Virus record (IMG/VR): IMGVR_UViG_3300037493_001250
Reading direction: 5' to 3' (one strand)
Length of the DNA: 64,000 nucleotides
Source of the DNA: an uncultured virus (IMG/VR IMGVR_UViG_3300037493_001250)
Taxonomy: Duplodnaviria; Heunggongvirae; Uroviricota; Caudoviricetes
Under the pieces are notes generated by a model. It ran no database searches. It had not been told where the DNA came from and saw only the letters and a list, made by a program, of their open reading frames with translations. Each line of letters starts with the position of its first letter. The stretch's first letter is position 1. This document shows, piece by piece, positions 31,101 through 39,657 of the stretch. The translations under genes were made by a program, and so were the position numbers.

Positions 31101-32697
31101 TGAGAATATTAATGTAGTTGATACTAACTCATACTATAACCTAACAGATTCAGATGGTGGAATTATTAATAATATTTCCGTATTTGGTGGAGACACTTAT
31201 ATACAGAAAAGTTATTTAAGACTATTGTATTCAGCAGCCGCACCAGGCACAACAAACGTAACAACTGCAACTAAATATGAAAGTTTTATTTCTTTCTACA
31301 CTCAGAACAGGTTTAATACACAGATGCGTAGGACTTCTGATGAAGGTTGCGTATTATTTACTGCTGATGCCGAAAGTATAGCACAGTATTTAGATGATGC
31401 GAACGAGGAGTTCTATTTAATTGACGAAGGGTACAGCCAACAAACAAATAAATTAACACGCAGTAAGCCTTATAACGATAAGTTAAAGGTGCAAGTAAAG
31501 TTCCCAACAAGGATATACTATACAGCACAACGCCCAACAGGTAGTAGCTATGATAGTTTTAGGGATATTGCACCATTAGACTTTAAAGATTTAGATGGTA
31601 AGAACGGAATGATAAGTGCATTGTACGATATTAACGATACAATGATAGCTATGCAGAAGTTTGCGGTATCTGTATTGCCATATCAAACTGACGTATTGTT
31701 AAGGTCAGATGCAGGTGCAGAGATATACGTAGGTAACGGAGGGGTGTATGCTCAAAGAGAAAGTATTATTGGTACTTATGGCTCTAACATACAAACTAAT
31801 TCGTTCAGAGGATTTAATAAGAATGGTAATGCTAGCTTGTATTGGTTCAGTGAGGTAACTAAGAAAGTATTTAGATACGGTAGGGATGGTATACAAGGTG
31901 TATCAGACAATGCCTTTATGCGTAACTTCTTTTTGACACGCACAAAACTTGTTGACACTGAGTTTGATATAGTAATGGGTTTTGATACCAAGAGGGATAA
32001 CCTGTGGATAACATCATATAAGTTTAAGCAAGGTGTGAGTGCATGGAATCAAGATACAGCTTATGTTGTTGGTAATGTAGTTTTATTAGGCACGGCATCA
32101 TTCTATGGTTATCCTGTATTTTACAGGTCAATACAAAATGGTACAGGTAATAATCCTGCAACAAGTCCTACATATTGGGAGCTAGTACCATTATCAGATG
32201 GTGACTACTACTCAATATTTACGATACTATTTAACGAGAAACTAAATACGTTCACAAGTCTATGCGGAGCGTTGCCAAGGAGATACTTCCAATACAACAA
32301 TGAATTGCTAGTACCTAATGTAAAGAGTGCATGGGGTAAAGTGTATGAGCTAAACAATGGTACAACCACATACTTTGATGGAGTAAACCTAGACTTCTAC
32401 GTGCAGCCTGTTGTAAACAAAATACAGAATACGACTAAGAGATTCTTAAGCATAGGTTTGAACACGGGAGAAAACCAATTAACATTCCCTACTGTAAACC
32501 TTGCAACAAAAACACAGACGAGCACATCAATTTTATTTGAGCAAAAGAATGGTAACATATTCACAGCGGTAGAACCAACTAGTACTGGAGAACCAATCAC
32601 TGGTGAGTACATGACATTTAAGATAATTTCTGCAAACGATATTACGATACTAGATGCAGTAGCTAAGATGTATTACAGACCAAGAATGCCTAGGTAA
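28171..32697 (+). CDS. Tail stabilisation / muzzle protein
   Basis: 1508 aa, beta-rich; N-terminal RGLDSDND...YIDGNDI; position after the ring proteins. Confidence 0.7.
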   Translation: MQDNQNFVFRGLDSDNDLRSVKSERYIDGNDIEHFVDETNTLGGIRRMKGTKLGYTIPNIVPQYSNYRFPFITTGNTDYRVTIIAPYYLQFTIVNVPPTTTGVSNLGTALEGNIVFTSTFTDTLGEQSAALSNGAFRLDINITGSLTITVETSPTGADDWVIQPFILLQEPISYTAEMQPLSTALVGDKQFVLSKAIGQGYCEIGCAVRNISGNWTYTRLLGSTKLNFTTTEVIDMRAEVLGNDTIGVYWVDNTNKPKVFYCNNNLSVSVFRYFWGEVISGLQGVYLNKFGTYNLNNVDVQTNLQIFNNKALVVIDRQIATGGSLKSGGKRYYVRFGVNGTENTTPFNDIGEYTIVYKADNQAPRNAVKIKGDITPETTTKQIVLKVSNCMADVFNFLELVCVEYEGGGTSAILVDRYDITAETTEIVHSGNELGSTPFDPAAIVNVKPVILTGKTNEIKKNRYNIANVEIDGDVDSYATIASNITISSGRKTIPRVGEIYTGTTSTTEAFKAYNFDISTSNINSGALIISGVLFSGDPDVIVNNPFGVFSTTPPNAGVYTANSSTFGVNQILLNLYIYGNIAPDDSNFARVIVYQLNADNTQKAVIADIQNNQNLQAVQIIGNYSYNVNIGVGEKIRVDYFIQGRANWIIKSSGFSALIGQVDSFNFGKQLAENEYQKAENVANNMGYMLYEEYPYYIKFHKKSGYTTSPYYIGTHTIKPSDFSTFVAGYGIDVELTNSSGNPWVYHPVFTNIDVTSIRNEIVGFSFWRGDITNPKVIACGINLMANEIAAEGYYTGFYASNPIGTLYGTAFPTSFDPVRRYSGFIAPDNLVRDGELVRFQTGDKMYIAGQPTIFAASANNNIASAIGQRLGSFVEFTGYCPRATQAANNSPTVLEDAVFTPFRETSDRFIYNTLSGISNPTKLVLNKADTFRPSMDTAALAVSFFDPQATVTARTSEDYGVYLGYYYRASNTLDIENINVVDTNSYYNLTDSDGGIINNISVFGGDTYIQKSYLRLLYSAAAPGTTNVTTATKYESFISFYTQNRFNTQMRRTSDEGCVLFTADAESIAQYLDDANEEFYLIDEGYSQQTNKLTRSKPYNDKLKVQVKFPTRIYYTAQRPTGSSYDSFRDIAPLDFKDLDGKNGMISALYDINDTMIAMQKFAVSVLPYQTDVLLRSDAGAEIYVGNGGVYAQRESIIGTYGSNIQTNSFRGFNKNGNASLYWFSEVTKKVFRYGRDGIQGVSDNAFMRNFFLTRTKLVDTEFDIVMGFDTKRDNLWITSYKFKQGVSAWNQDTAYVVGNVVLLGTASFYGYPVFYRSIQNGTGNNPATSPTYWELVPLSDGDYYSIFTILFNEKLNTFTSLCGALPRRYFQYNNELLVPNVKSAWGKVYELNNGTTTYFDGVNLDFYVQPVVNKIQNTTKRFLSIGLNTGENQLTFPTVNLATKTQTSTSILFEQKNGNIFTAVEPTSTGEPITGEYMTFKIISANDITILDAVAKMYYRPRMPR

Positions 32698-32704
32698 AAT
32701 TTAT

Positions 32705-32735
32705 GTTTAAAATTATTTTAAATTACTTATATTTG
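32705..32735 (+). promoter_or_regulatory. Late promoter with a Fur-box-like palindrome
   Basis: GTTTAAAATTATTTTAAAT (32705-32723), then TATATTTG (32728-32735). Confidence 0.55.
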
Positions 32736-32750
32736 TAGAAATAAGATATT

Positions 32751-33071
32751 ATGCAAGTTTTCAGTTTAGAGCAACAAATAAGACTATTAATTAAAACCCT
32801 TCAAATGGGGTTGGGATATGAGCAAGTACCCTTAGTAATAGCGGATACGGCAACATACACAGCTCCATCAGGTAGTTTTTTCTATGCTGTTAAGGCAATG
32901 AATGGCGATGCTGTAATAAACACAGCTACTGACATCAATGGCACTACAGTGCTTGCGTCTTTTACTGTTAAAGATGGTGACGAATTAAAGTTCCCTCTTG
33001 CTACAATAAAACTTACAAGTGGTAAGTTAATCATTTACAAAGGTGTTACTATTAGTGCTTTCTTGAACTAA
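32751..33071 (+). CDS. Fibre adaptor protein (paralog of the N-terminus of 25181-26593)
   Basis: LEQQIRLLIKTLQMGLGYEQVP versus LEAQIRTLMKTVQMNLGFEQVP; KAMNGDAVI is identical. Confidence 0.7.
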   Translation: MQVFSLEQQIRLLIKTLQMGLGYEQVPLVIADTATYTAPSGSFFYAVKAMNGDAVINTATDINGTTVLASFTVKDGDELKFPLATIKLTSGKLIIYKGVTISAFLN

Positions 33072-33077
33072 TAAGCC

Positions 33078-35000
33078 ATGAAAATAGGATTAGGGATAGG
33101 TCTTGGTAATAGCAAAGAGTCAGGCAGTAATGTACCAGCTGCACCTGTCAATATTGGTCTGCCTTCATTGTCAGGAAATGGTGCTGTTGGAACTATTGTA
33201 ACTTGTAGCTCTGGCTCTTGGACAGGCTCTCCTTCGCCAACATTTACTTTTAATTTTAAAACTAACGGAGTAAGCGTACAGAATAGTGCAAGCAATAGCT
33301 ATACAGTTTTAATTGGTGACGATACTAAAACATTAACGTGTACGGTAACTGCTACTAACTCACAAGGTAGTGCGAATGCAAATTCAAGCAATTCAATTGT
33401 AGTCGGAACTGTGCCTGTTAATACGGTAGCACCTGTTATAAGTGGCACTAATACTTTCGGTAGCACATTAACTACCACAAACGGAACATTCACAGGTACT
33501 GCACCTTTGACTTATACTTACCAATGGCAGCGTAACGGTTCGCCAATATCAAGTCAAACCGCAAACACTTATGTAATAGGGTCAAGCGATAGTTTGGCTG
33601 AAATTACTTGTTTGGTTACGGCTACTAATACTTACGGGTTTGATTCTGAAGTTTCAAACACAATAACTGTTGTAAATTTTGCACCTGTAAACTCAGTAGC
33701 ACCTACTGTAAGCCCAAGCGGAACTCAATCAACAGGTACTTTAATTACTGCTAATGATGGCACATGGTCGGGAGTTGCGCCAATAACTTACGAATACAAA
33801 TGGACACGAGATGGTATTGCGATAAGTGGAGCAACTGCATCTACATATACAATCCAATTGGCTGACGATGGCACAACTATTCGTGTAGAAGTTAAAGGAA
33901 CTAATGCTTATGGTGTAAGTGCGTTTATAGCCTCAAGTAATAGCGTAAGTGCGGTTAATACCGTAGCACCAACAATATCATCAGCTACAATAAGTGGTAC
34001 GGCAGTTGTTGGGCAAACATTAACGGCAAGTGCAAGTGGTGTTACAGGTATACCTACACCAACTTTATCTTATCAATGGAAGCGTGGTGCTACTAATATT
34101 GGAACTAACGCAACTACATATACATTAGTGGCAGCAGATGCAGGTAACACTTCAAATATTACATGCGTAGTAACGGCTACTAATGCAGGTGGTTCGGCAA
34201 ATGCAACAAGCAATCAAATTGCACAAATATTAACAGTTCGTACTAACTCATTCTTAACTGCATCTGCAATTACTGATGCAACAATTAGAGGTGGTTTAAA
34301 TACTTTTGACATTGGATTAATATCTAATTCTTTAGATACCAAAATGAAAGCATTGTATCCTTTTGTTGGCGGTACTGCAAGTACACATAAATGGAATTTC
34401 ATGAATGCGGCAGATACAGATGCAGCATTTAGACTTGCATTTAGCGGAACTGTTACACATTCAACAAATGGCGCACAAGGTAATGGAGTAAATGGCTATG
34501 CGGATTCATTCTTTATTCCTAATAGTAATGGTTTAACGAATAACAATAATCACTTGTCATTGTATTCAAGGACAACAACAACAGGAGCATTGTATGATAT
34601 GGGTTCGGGTAGTGCTGATGGTAACTCAAGTTTAACATCAATATTCACTCGAAGAGCATCAAACTTATCGGGATTTGATAGTGGATTTTTCTCTCTTAAT
34701 AGAGCATCATATACAATTGCTAATAGTGGAGGTTTTTATTTAGGTAAAGTCAATAGCGATTTGACATCAAAGTATTATAGAAATGGTACACAAGTTGCGA
34801 CAAGAACAATTACTATACAAGCTAATTTAAGCATTTATAAAAACTATTTGCTTGGATTTAATGAAAATCCAATAACAGTATTTTATTCCCCAATTCAATA
34901 TGCATTTGCGTCAATGGGTACAGGATTAACTGATGCTGATGCATCTAATTACTACACATTAGTTCAAGCATTACAAACAACATTAGGTCGTAACGTATAA
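33078..35000 (+). CDS. Fibre protein with four Ig-like repeats and a C-terminal lectin-like domain
   Basis: Four repeats of about 90 aa (PVN..P.ISG...Y.YQW.R.G...); MKIGLGIGLG N-terminus; ALYPFVGGTASTHKWN...ALQTTLGRNV domain. Confidence 0.75.
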   Translation: MKIGLGIGLGNSKESGSNVPAAPVNIGLPSLSGNGAVGTIVTCSSGSWTGSPSPTFTFNFKTNGVSVQNSASNSYTVLIGDDTKTLTCTVTATNSQGSANANSSNSIVVGTVPVNTVAPVISGTNTFGSTLTTTNGTFTGTAPLTYTYQWQRNGSPISSQTANTYVIGSSDSLAEITCLVTATNTYGFDSEVSNTITVVNFAPVNSVAPTVSPSGTQSTGTLITANDGTWSGVAPITYEYKWTRDGIAISGATASTYTIQLADDGTTIRVEVKGTNAYGVSAFIASSNSVSAVNTVAPTISSATISGTAVVGQTLTASASGVTGIPTPTLSYQWKRGATNIGTNATTYTLVAADAGNTSNITCVVTATNAGGSANATSNQIAQILTVRTNSFLTASAITDATIRGGLNTFDIGLISNSLDTKMKALYPFVGGTASTHKWNFMNAADTDAAFRLAFSGTVTHSTNGAQGNGVNGYADSFFIPNSNGLTNNNNHLSLYSRTTTTGALYDMGSGSADGNSSLTSIFTRRASNLSGFDSGFFSLNRASYTIANSGGFYLGKVNSDLTSKYYRNGTQVATRTITIQANLSIYKNYLLGFNENPITVFYSPIQYAFASMGTGLTDADASNYYTLVQALQTTLGRNV

Positions 35001-35002
35001 TT

Positions 35003-35212
35003 ATGATAGGATATAAATTAACAAGCTCAGAAAAAGACTTATTGGTAGGGCAACAATTTGCACCTGACCAATACTTTAATCCAGTACCCGATATTGAAGG
35101 CGTGTATTTTATTTTTGAAGGCGAGGTAAACGGATGCACAAACGAAGAGTTTATGTGGGTAAAAGAATTACCAACCGCAGAGTATGTGCCACCAACAGTT
35201 GAACCAATTTAA
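35003..35212 (+). CDS. Small acidic fibre-associated protein
   Basis: Follows the fibre; acidic, 69 aa. Confidence 0.55.
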   Translation: MIGYKLTSSEKDLLVGQQFAPDQYFNPVPDIEGVYFIFEGEVNGCTNEEFMWVKELPTAEYVPPTVEPI

Positions 35213-35236
35213 CACGAGATTTAAAGTATAATTATT

Positions 35237-35395
35237 ATGAAACAAGTTGCAATTGATTTTTTAAAGAAACACGGATGGAAGATAGCCGCATTCGTATTGT
35301 TAATGATAGCTGTTAAGTTTACGAACTTAGAGCCTAAGATGGTGATGGAATTTTTAAACGACAAACCTGTTATTCAAAATGACTCTACCAATTAG
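35237..35395 (+). CDS. Small membrane protein (52 aa)
   Basis: Read by hand: MKQVAIDFLKKHGWKIAAFVLLMIAVKF...; one TM segment. Confidence 0.55.
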   Translation: MKQVAIDFLKKHGWKIAAFVLLMIAVKFTNLEPKMVMEFLNDKPVIQNDSTN

Positions 35396-35639
35396 TTTTA
35401 AAACATTCAGTAAAGACCCGTTCAAGGCTACCATGTTTATGGTGCTTTGTGCTATTGCATACTTGTACATTGACAATAAGATTAATTACACAGGACAAAT
35501 ATCTAAGCACGAGCAAAAGATTATTGTGCTTGAACAAAAGGTTGACTTGCTAAGTTACGCATTGAAGCGTTCAGACAGTGCATTAGTAGCTGTCACGACA
35601 AGATTAGAAGTATTAACACAAATGGGGGCTATCAAATAA
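35379..35639 (+). CDS. Membrane protein with a coiled coil (holin/antiholin-like)
   Basis: TM (ATMFMVLCAIAYLYI) plus coiled coil; in the lysis cassette. Confidence 0.5.
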   Translation: MTLPISFKTFSKDPFKATMFMVLCAIAYLYIDNKINYTGQISKHEQKIIVLEQKVDLLSYALKRSDSALVAVTTRLEVLTQMGAIK

Positions 35640-35971
35640 TGAAATACTTATTACTCTCAATCATTACAGTAATAGCAGTGGCATTGTCAGGCCCGACCAA
35701 AGAATTGGAGTATGACTCATCAGTAGATTCATTGCTTGCAAGAACTAACAACACTTTTAAACAGGCTTCAACGGTGTGTGTTAAGGCTGAAAAACAACAG
35801 ACAAAAATGATAACAGAAGTGAAGGCGAAAGTAGTTACGTTAGAAAAAGAAAAAGAAGAATTACAGGTTATACTAACAGAAACTAAACACGAACTTCAAG
35901 ATGCTAAAGAAATTATTAATATTAACGCTGTTGACACTGGTGAGCGTTTCGACATATTCCCAAAGGATTAG
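35639..35971 (+). CDS. i-spanin-like protein
   Basis: N-terminal hydrophobic anchor plus periplasmic coiled coil; overlaps the next gene by 71 nt. Confidence 0.45.
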   Translation: MKYLLLSIITVIAVALSGPTKELEYDSSVDSLLARTNNTFKQASTVCVKAEKQQTKMITEVKAKVVTLEKEKEELQVILTETKHELQDAKEIININAVDTGERFDIFPKD

Positions 35972-36692
35972 GATAATAGGCTCAGACACATTTGTAACAT
36001 TTACACGTAAACAAGCAAACGCTATAAACGATACGTTTGTATCGCAAAAGAACAGCATTGCACGTTTAAAAAACCAAGACAGTTTAAATTTATTAACTAA
36101 CAAGCAGTTAGTGGCTCAAGATAGCATCCGTAAGTTTAAGGATAGCTTAACGTATTTCCATCAGATACTGCCTGAATTATCTGAGATAAAAAAGTTATTA
36201 GTTGCACAGATTGAAACACCATTTAAAGGTAATATAGAACTAGGTGCAGGAGCAGGAGCATCAACATACTTCGGTGCATACAGACCATTTAGTGCTGTTA
36301 TTGATGGCAAGTATTATATGCCATCAGGAGTAGGGATAGTAAAGTACAACTTACATAAACATTTAACGGCACGATTTGAAGCAACAGGTACACAGGTATC
36401 AGCAGGCCCAATAAGCAAACAACTTATAATAGGTACAGTACTTGTAGATTACAACATAGCCCCAAACATGTACAGCATCAGAGTAGGCATGATACCTACT
36501 GTAAGTGTAGGCTTAAACGTATTTGGGTTAGCAGATAAGTCATTGGTAGTAGGTGCAGGTATTAAATCATACTTTACGGCATCAACTGCATTGGAAGTTA
36601 ATGTAAGGTATGGCTTAACAGACATAGACAACATAGGGTCAGCAGATACTTTTATTTACGGGCATTTAATTTTAACGAAGAAGATATTATGA
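35901..36692 (+). CDS. Secreted protein: coiled coil fused to an outer-membrane beta-barrel
   Basis: Signal peptide ending VSTYS|Q; coiled coil; alternating amphipathic strands from NIELGAGAGASTYFG to TFIYGHLILTKK. Confidence 0.6.
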   Translation: MLKKLLILTLLTLVSVSTYSQRIRIIGSDTFVTFTRKQANAINDTFVSQKNSIARLKNQDSLNLLTNKQLVAQDSIRKFKDSLTYFHQILPELSEIKKLLVAQIETPFKGNIELGAGAGASTYFGAYRPFSAVIDGKYYMPSGVGIVKYNLHKHLTARFEATGTQVSAGPISKQLIIGTVLVDYNIAPNMYSIRVGMIPTVSVGLNVFGLADKSLVVGAGIKSYFTASTALEVNVRYGLTDIDNIGSADTFIYGHLILTKKIL

Positions 36693-36937
36693 AATTTCTA
36701 AGGGAATTGTTTGATGATGGGAACACCATAAACGAGAAAGCCGTGGTTGGTTTTATTGCTTTCTTTATGCTTGTAATAGCATTGGGAGTGGACTTAGTTA
36801 CTGGGTATTTTGGAAACCCATTAGTAATTAACGAATTTATATTCGATGGTTTTATGGTGATAATATTGGGCTGTTTTGGAATAGCCTCAGTAGATAAATG
36901 GATGAACAAAAAAGATAATAACACGACAAATGAGTAA
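36689..36937 (+). CDS. Holin (two TM segments)
   Basis: Two TM helices and a charged C-terminus, directly before the endolysin. Confidence 0.6.
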   Translation: MKFLRELFDDGNTINEKAVVGFIAFFMLVIALGVDLVTGYFGNPLVINEFIFDGFMVIILGCFGIASVDKWMNKKDNNTTNE

Positions 36938-37385
36938 CATATCAAAACATATCAGTTTAAAAGAGGCTACGTATTCATCAACAGGTGAAGCCAAGAAGAT
37001 AGATAACAGCCCTACAGAGGAGCATTTAGCAAGCATGAAGTTGTTAGCTGAGAAGATATTTGAGCCTGTAAGAGAATGGTACGGCAAACCCATCAAGATT
37101 AACTCGTTCTACAGAAGTAAGGCATTGAACATGGCAATCCCAGGGAGTAGCTTAACAAGCCAACATTCTAAGGGTGAAGCTATGGATATGGATACGGCTA
37201 CTGATAACAAGAAGATATTTGACTATATTCGTGAAAATTTAGATTGGGATCAAATGATTTGGGAGTTTGGAACGGCTGAAAACCCTGATTGGGTACACGT
37301 TAGTTACAAGGCAAAAGGCAACAGAAAGCAAATACTGAGAGCCAAGAAAGTTAACGGTAAATCAACATATGAACCATACAAATAA
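36930..37385 (+). CDS. Endolysin, peptidase M15A family
   Basis: INSFYRS, SQHSKGEAMD (H-x6-D) and WVHVSY zinc-peptidase motifs. Confidence 0.85.
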   Translation: MSNISKHISLKEATYSSTGEAKKIDNSPTEEHLASMKLLAEKIFEPVREWYGKPIKINSFYRSKALNMAIPGSSLTSQHSKGEAMDMDTATDNKKIFDYIRENLDWDQMIWEFGTAENPDWVHVSYKAKGNRKQILRAKKVNGKSTYEPYK

Positions 37386-37386
37386 G

Positions 37387-37941
37387 ATGAATAATAATAC
37401 GGTTTTAGCCATAGCTTTCTTAGTAATTGCAATGTTATCTGTCAAGCTACATTGCACTAATGAGGAATTAAATAAGCAAAATGCTGATGTTAACGCATTA
37501 GATAACAAGGTAGCAGAACTACAAGCAGACAGAGTGTTTATGCTAGATAGCGTAGATATGCTGAATGAGTCGTTACAAGTAGAACGTGACGCATTGCCTA
37601 AAAGACTGAGCGAGTACTCTGAAAAGCCCGTTAAAGAGCGTATAAAGTTAATAACATTGATTGATACGTTTGCTATACAAACTGATACGGGTGCAATATT
37701 ATCTATGCATGGTGTTGATAGCATCAATAAGTTGACAATACATTACCAATCTTGCGTGGTACAATCTGCCATCAAGGACACTATGATAACACAATACGTA
37801 AACATTGTACAAGCCGATAGTGTAATCATTGCCACACAGCAACAGAGCATGAAGGTGCACAAAAAAGCAGCTAAGATTAAATTAATCAAAGCTGCCGTAG
37901 TAAGTGGATTAATAGGAATAATAATTGGGTTGGTGATTTAG
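37387..37941 (+). CDS. Spanin-like protein with N- and C-terminal hydrophobic segments
   Basis: N-terminal hydrophobic segment ending ..KLHC, coiled coil, C-terminal TM (AAVVSGLIGIIIGLVI); follows the endolysin. Confidence 0.55.
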   Translation: MNNNTVLAIAFLVIAMLSVKLHCTNEELNKQNADVNALDNKVAELQADRVFMLDSVDMLNESLQVERDALPKRLSEYSEKPVKERIKLITLIDTFAIQTDTGAILSMHGVDSINKLTIHYQSCVVQSAIKDTMITQYVNIVQADSVIIATQQQSMKVHKKAAKIKLIKAAVVSGLIGIIIGLVI

Positions 37942-38588
37942 AATATACCGCCCCACTGTTTTGCAAAAGCATCTGCCATTCCTGGGAATGTCTTGCTTCG
38001 TAATGTTCTTCTTTCTTCTTTATTTAATCCGTGTTTCATAAAAGCATCGGCATACCATTGTGGTTGTCTTTTTTCTTTACCTGTTTTTTTATCTATCCAA
38101 GTAAAAAATTCTCCTTTAGATACTATGTTAGTTGGCATAAGTTTAGGTAAATTTTTAAGCCACAAACAAGTTGATTTACTTGCAGAATCTCCAAACATAT
38201 ATGGTTGTATTATTTGGTCAGGTTTTCTTATTGCTGAAGATATAACACTTATTGGATTTTCAATGGCAATTTTTTCAATGTTTGCATTCATTAATAATTC
38301 AACAAAATCAAGTGCTTTACGTTGATTATTAAACCTTTCTTCGTTAATACTACCATCTTTATTGTATAGCCATCTTGCTCCACTTACTGATAAAAATGTA
38401 CAAGGGGGATGCGCAACCATTAAATCCCATCCTTGATTAATTACCTCAAAAATATCACATTGAAAGTGCCATTCAGGATGTCCACCACTACAAGGTAATA
38501 AATCGCACGAAAACGCTTCGTGTCCTAATTCTCTAAATGCTTTAGTAGTTGCCTGGCTTTCTTCGCAGGCTATTAATATTCTTGCCAT
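37938..38588 (-). CDS. DNA cytosine-5 methyltransferase-like protein (phage type)
   Basis: ILIACEES, AHPPCT catalytic motif, IAIENP, RSKTFPGMADAFAKQWG. Confidence 0.8.
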   Translation of the reverse strand: MARILIACEESQATTKAFRELGHEAFSCDLLPCSGGHPEWHFQCDIFEVINQGWDLMVAHPPCTFLSVSGARWLYNKDGSINEERFNNQRKALDFVELLMNANIEKIAIENPISVISSAIRKPDQIIQPYMFGDSASKSTCLWLKNLPKLMPTNIVSKGEFFTWIDKKTGKEKRQPQWYADAFMKHGLNKEERRTLRSKTFPGMADAFAKQWGGIF

Positions 38589-38604
38589 GATTATGTTTTT
38601 TAAA

Positions 38605-38847
38605 TTAAGCGTCTATGTTTCTTTTCACTATCATCAAATCTGTCTCTTTCGTTTTGATACACGCCCTTGCAAGGCTGTTAAATTCACGAGCATTTGTAAT
38701 GTTATGGTATCGCATACGTTTCCATAGCTCAGATGATTGGTTAAAGAAAGGACTTTTCTCTTGCGTGTTTAAATCTAATATGTAATGGTTACTGCCGAGC
38801 TCGCACTGAATCAATGCGAACTCGGTTGTCTTGCGTTTAAGTTTCAT
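38605..38847 (-). CDS. Hypothetical protein
   Basis: ORF in the minus-strand early cluster, coupled by ATGA. Confidence 0.55.
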   Translation of the reverse strand: MKLKRKTTEFALIQCELGSNHYILDLNTQEKSPFFNQSSELWKRMRYHNITNAREFNSLARACIKTKETDLMIVKRNIDA

Positions 38848-38996
38848 CTTTCTTTTATCTGCTCTTTAATATTTTTACCTATCTCCTCTGCTGTGTATAC
38901 CTTATCAGGCATAACAGTCTTTACCTTAAGTTTTAATTCAGATGCGATGCTTTCTTTAGCACGTCTTATCTGTTCCATGGTTGCGTTTCCGTACAT
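38844..38996 (-). CDS. Hypothetical protein (50 aa)
   Basis: Read by hand: MYGNATMEQIRRAKE...; TGA overlaps the next ATG. Confidence 0.5.
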   Translation of the reverse strand: MYGNATMEQIRRAKESIASELKLKVKTVMPDKVYTAEEIGKNIKEQIKER

Positions 38997-39139
38997 AGTT
39001 GTTTAATTAACGGTGAATATGAAATAGTAAAATAAAAAAAAGCATATTGCCCAACATACCATAACGGTAAGGTTAAAGACAGAAGCTACAATCTTGCGTA
39101 GCCTCTGCCTAAAAGTTGGAGGATGTTGTATTCTGGTCC

Positions 39140-39349
39140 TCATATCTGACTGAATTGTGCTAGTGCATTGTAATCTTCTAGCAGATGGTTGATAAAATCA
39201 AAGCCAAGGTGTAACTGCTTTGCAAAGTTAATAACGTCATACTTAGCGTATAGCATTACCTCCTTATCAAACTCTTCCCTTACATAGCCTTGTAAGGCTG
39301 TTACTCTTAGAATGTTTAATTCTGTGTTGATTGTCTCGAAGTCTGTCAT
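39140..39349 (-). CDS. Hypothetical protein
   Basis: A-rich leader; early cluster. Confidence 0.55.
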   Translation of the reverse strand: MTDFETINTELNILRVTALQGYVREEFDKEVMLYAKYDVINFAKQLHLGFDFINHLLEDYNALAQFSQI

Positions 39350-39440
39350 AATTGTTTTGTTTTAATCGTTTGTTAATTTATTGAACACCCACACTATTAT
39401 TCTGAATAAGTGGGCAAGTGCTAATAGATAGAACATGGTG

Positions 39441-39653
39441 TTATGGTGTTATAGTTCTATACCCGTTCTTGTCCGTTACCTTGTCAAGCACCTTGATTGT
39501 TAACTCTTGCTGATGCTGTATCTCCTTTTGCAAATAAATAACGGTCTCTAAATGTACTTTACATTGCACGTATTGCACGATATTACCCAAGATGAGTAAA
39601 ACTACCACTAAGGCACATAAGTGCGTTAGAATTGATTTAATTGATTCTTTCAT
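39441..39653 (-). CDS. Small membrane-anchored protein
   Basis: TM LCALVVVLLILGNIV; start revised to MKESIK. Confidence 0.55.
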   Translation of the reverse strand: MKESIKSILTHLCALVVVLLILGNIVQYVQCKVHLETVIYLQKEIQHQQELTIKVLDKVTDKNGYRTITP

Positions 39654-39657
39654 AGTA

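Noticed and set aside
33078..35000. Repeats as a CRISPR array or DGR template/variable pair
   Set aside because: They are protein-level Ig repeats with synonymous divergence; no reverse transcriptase or adenine-specific differences were seen.
939..37727. Many 60-170 aa minus-strand ORFs under the structural genes
   Set aside because: Antisense shadows of long plus-strand genes; S/L/F-rich, with no start context or promoter.
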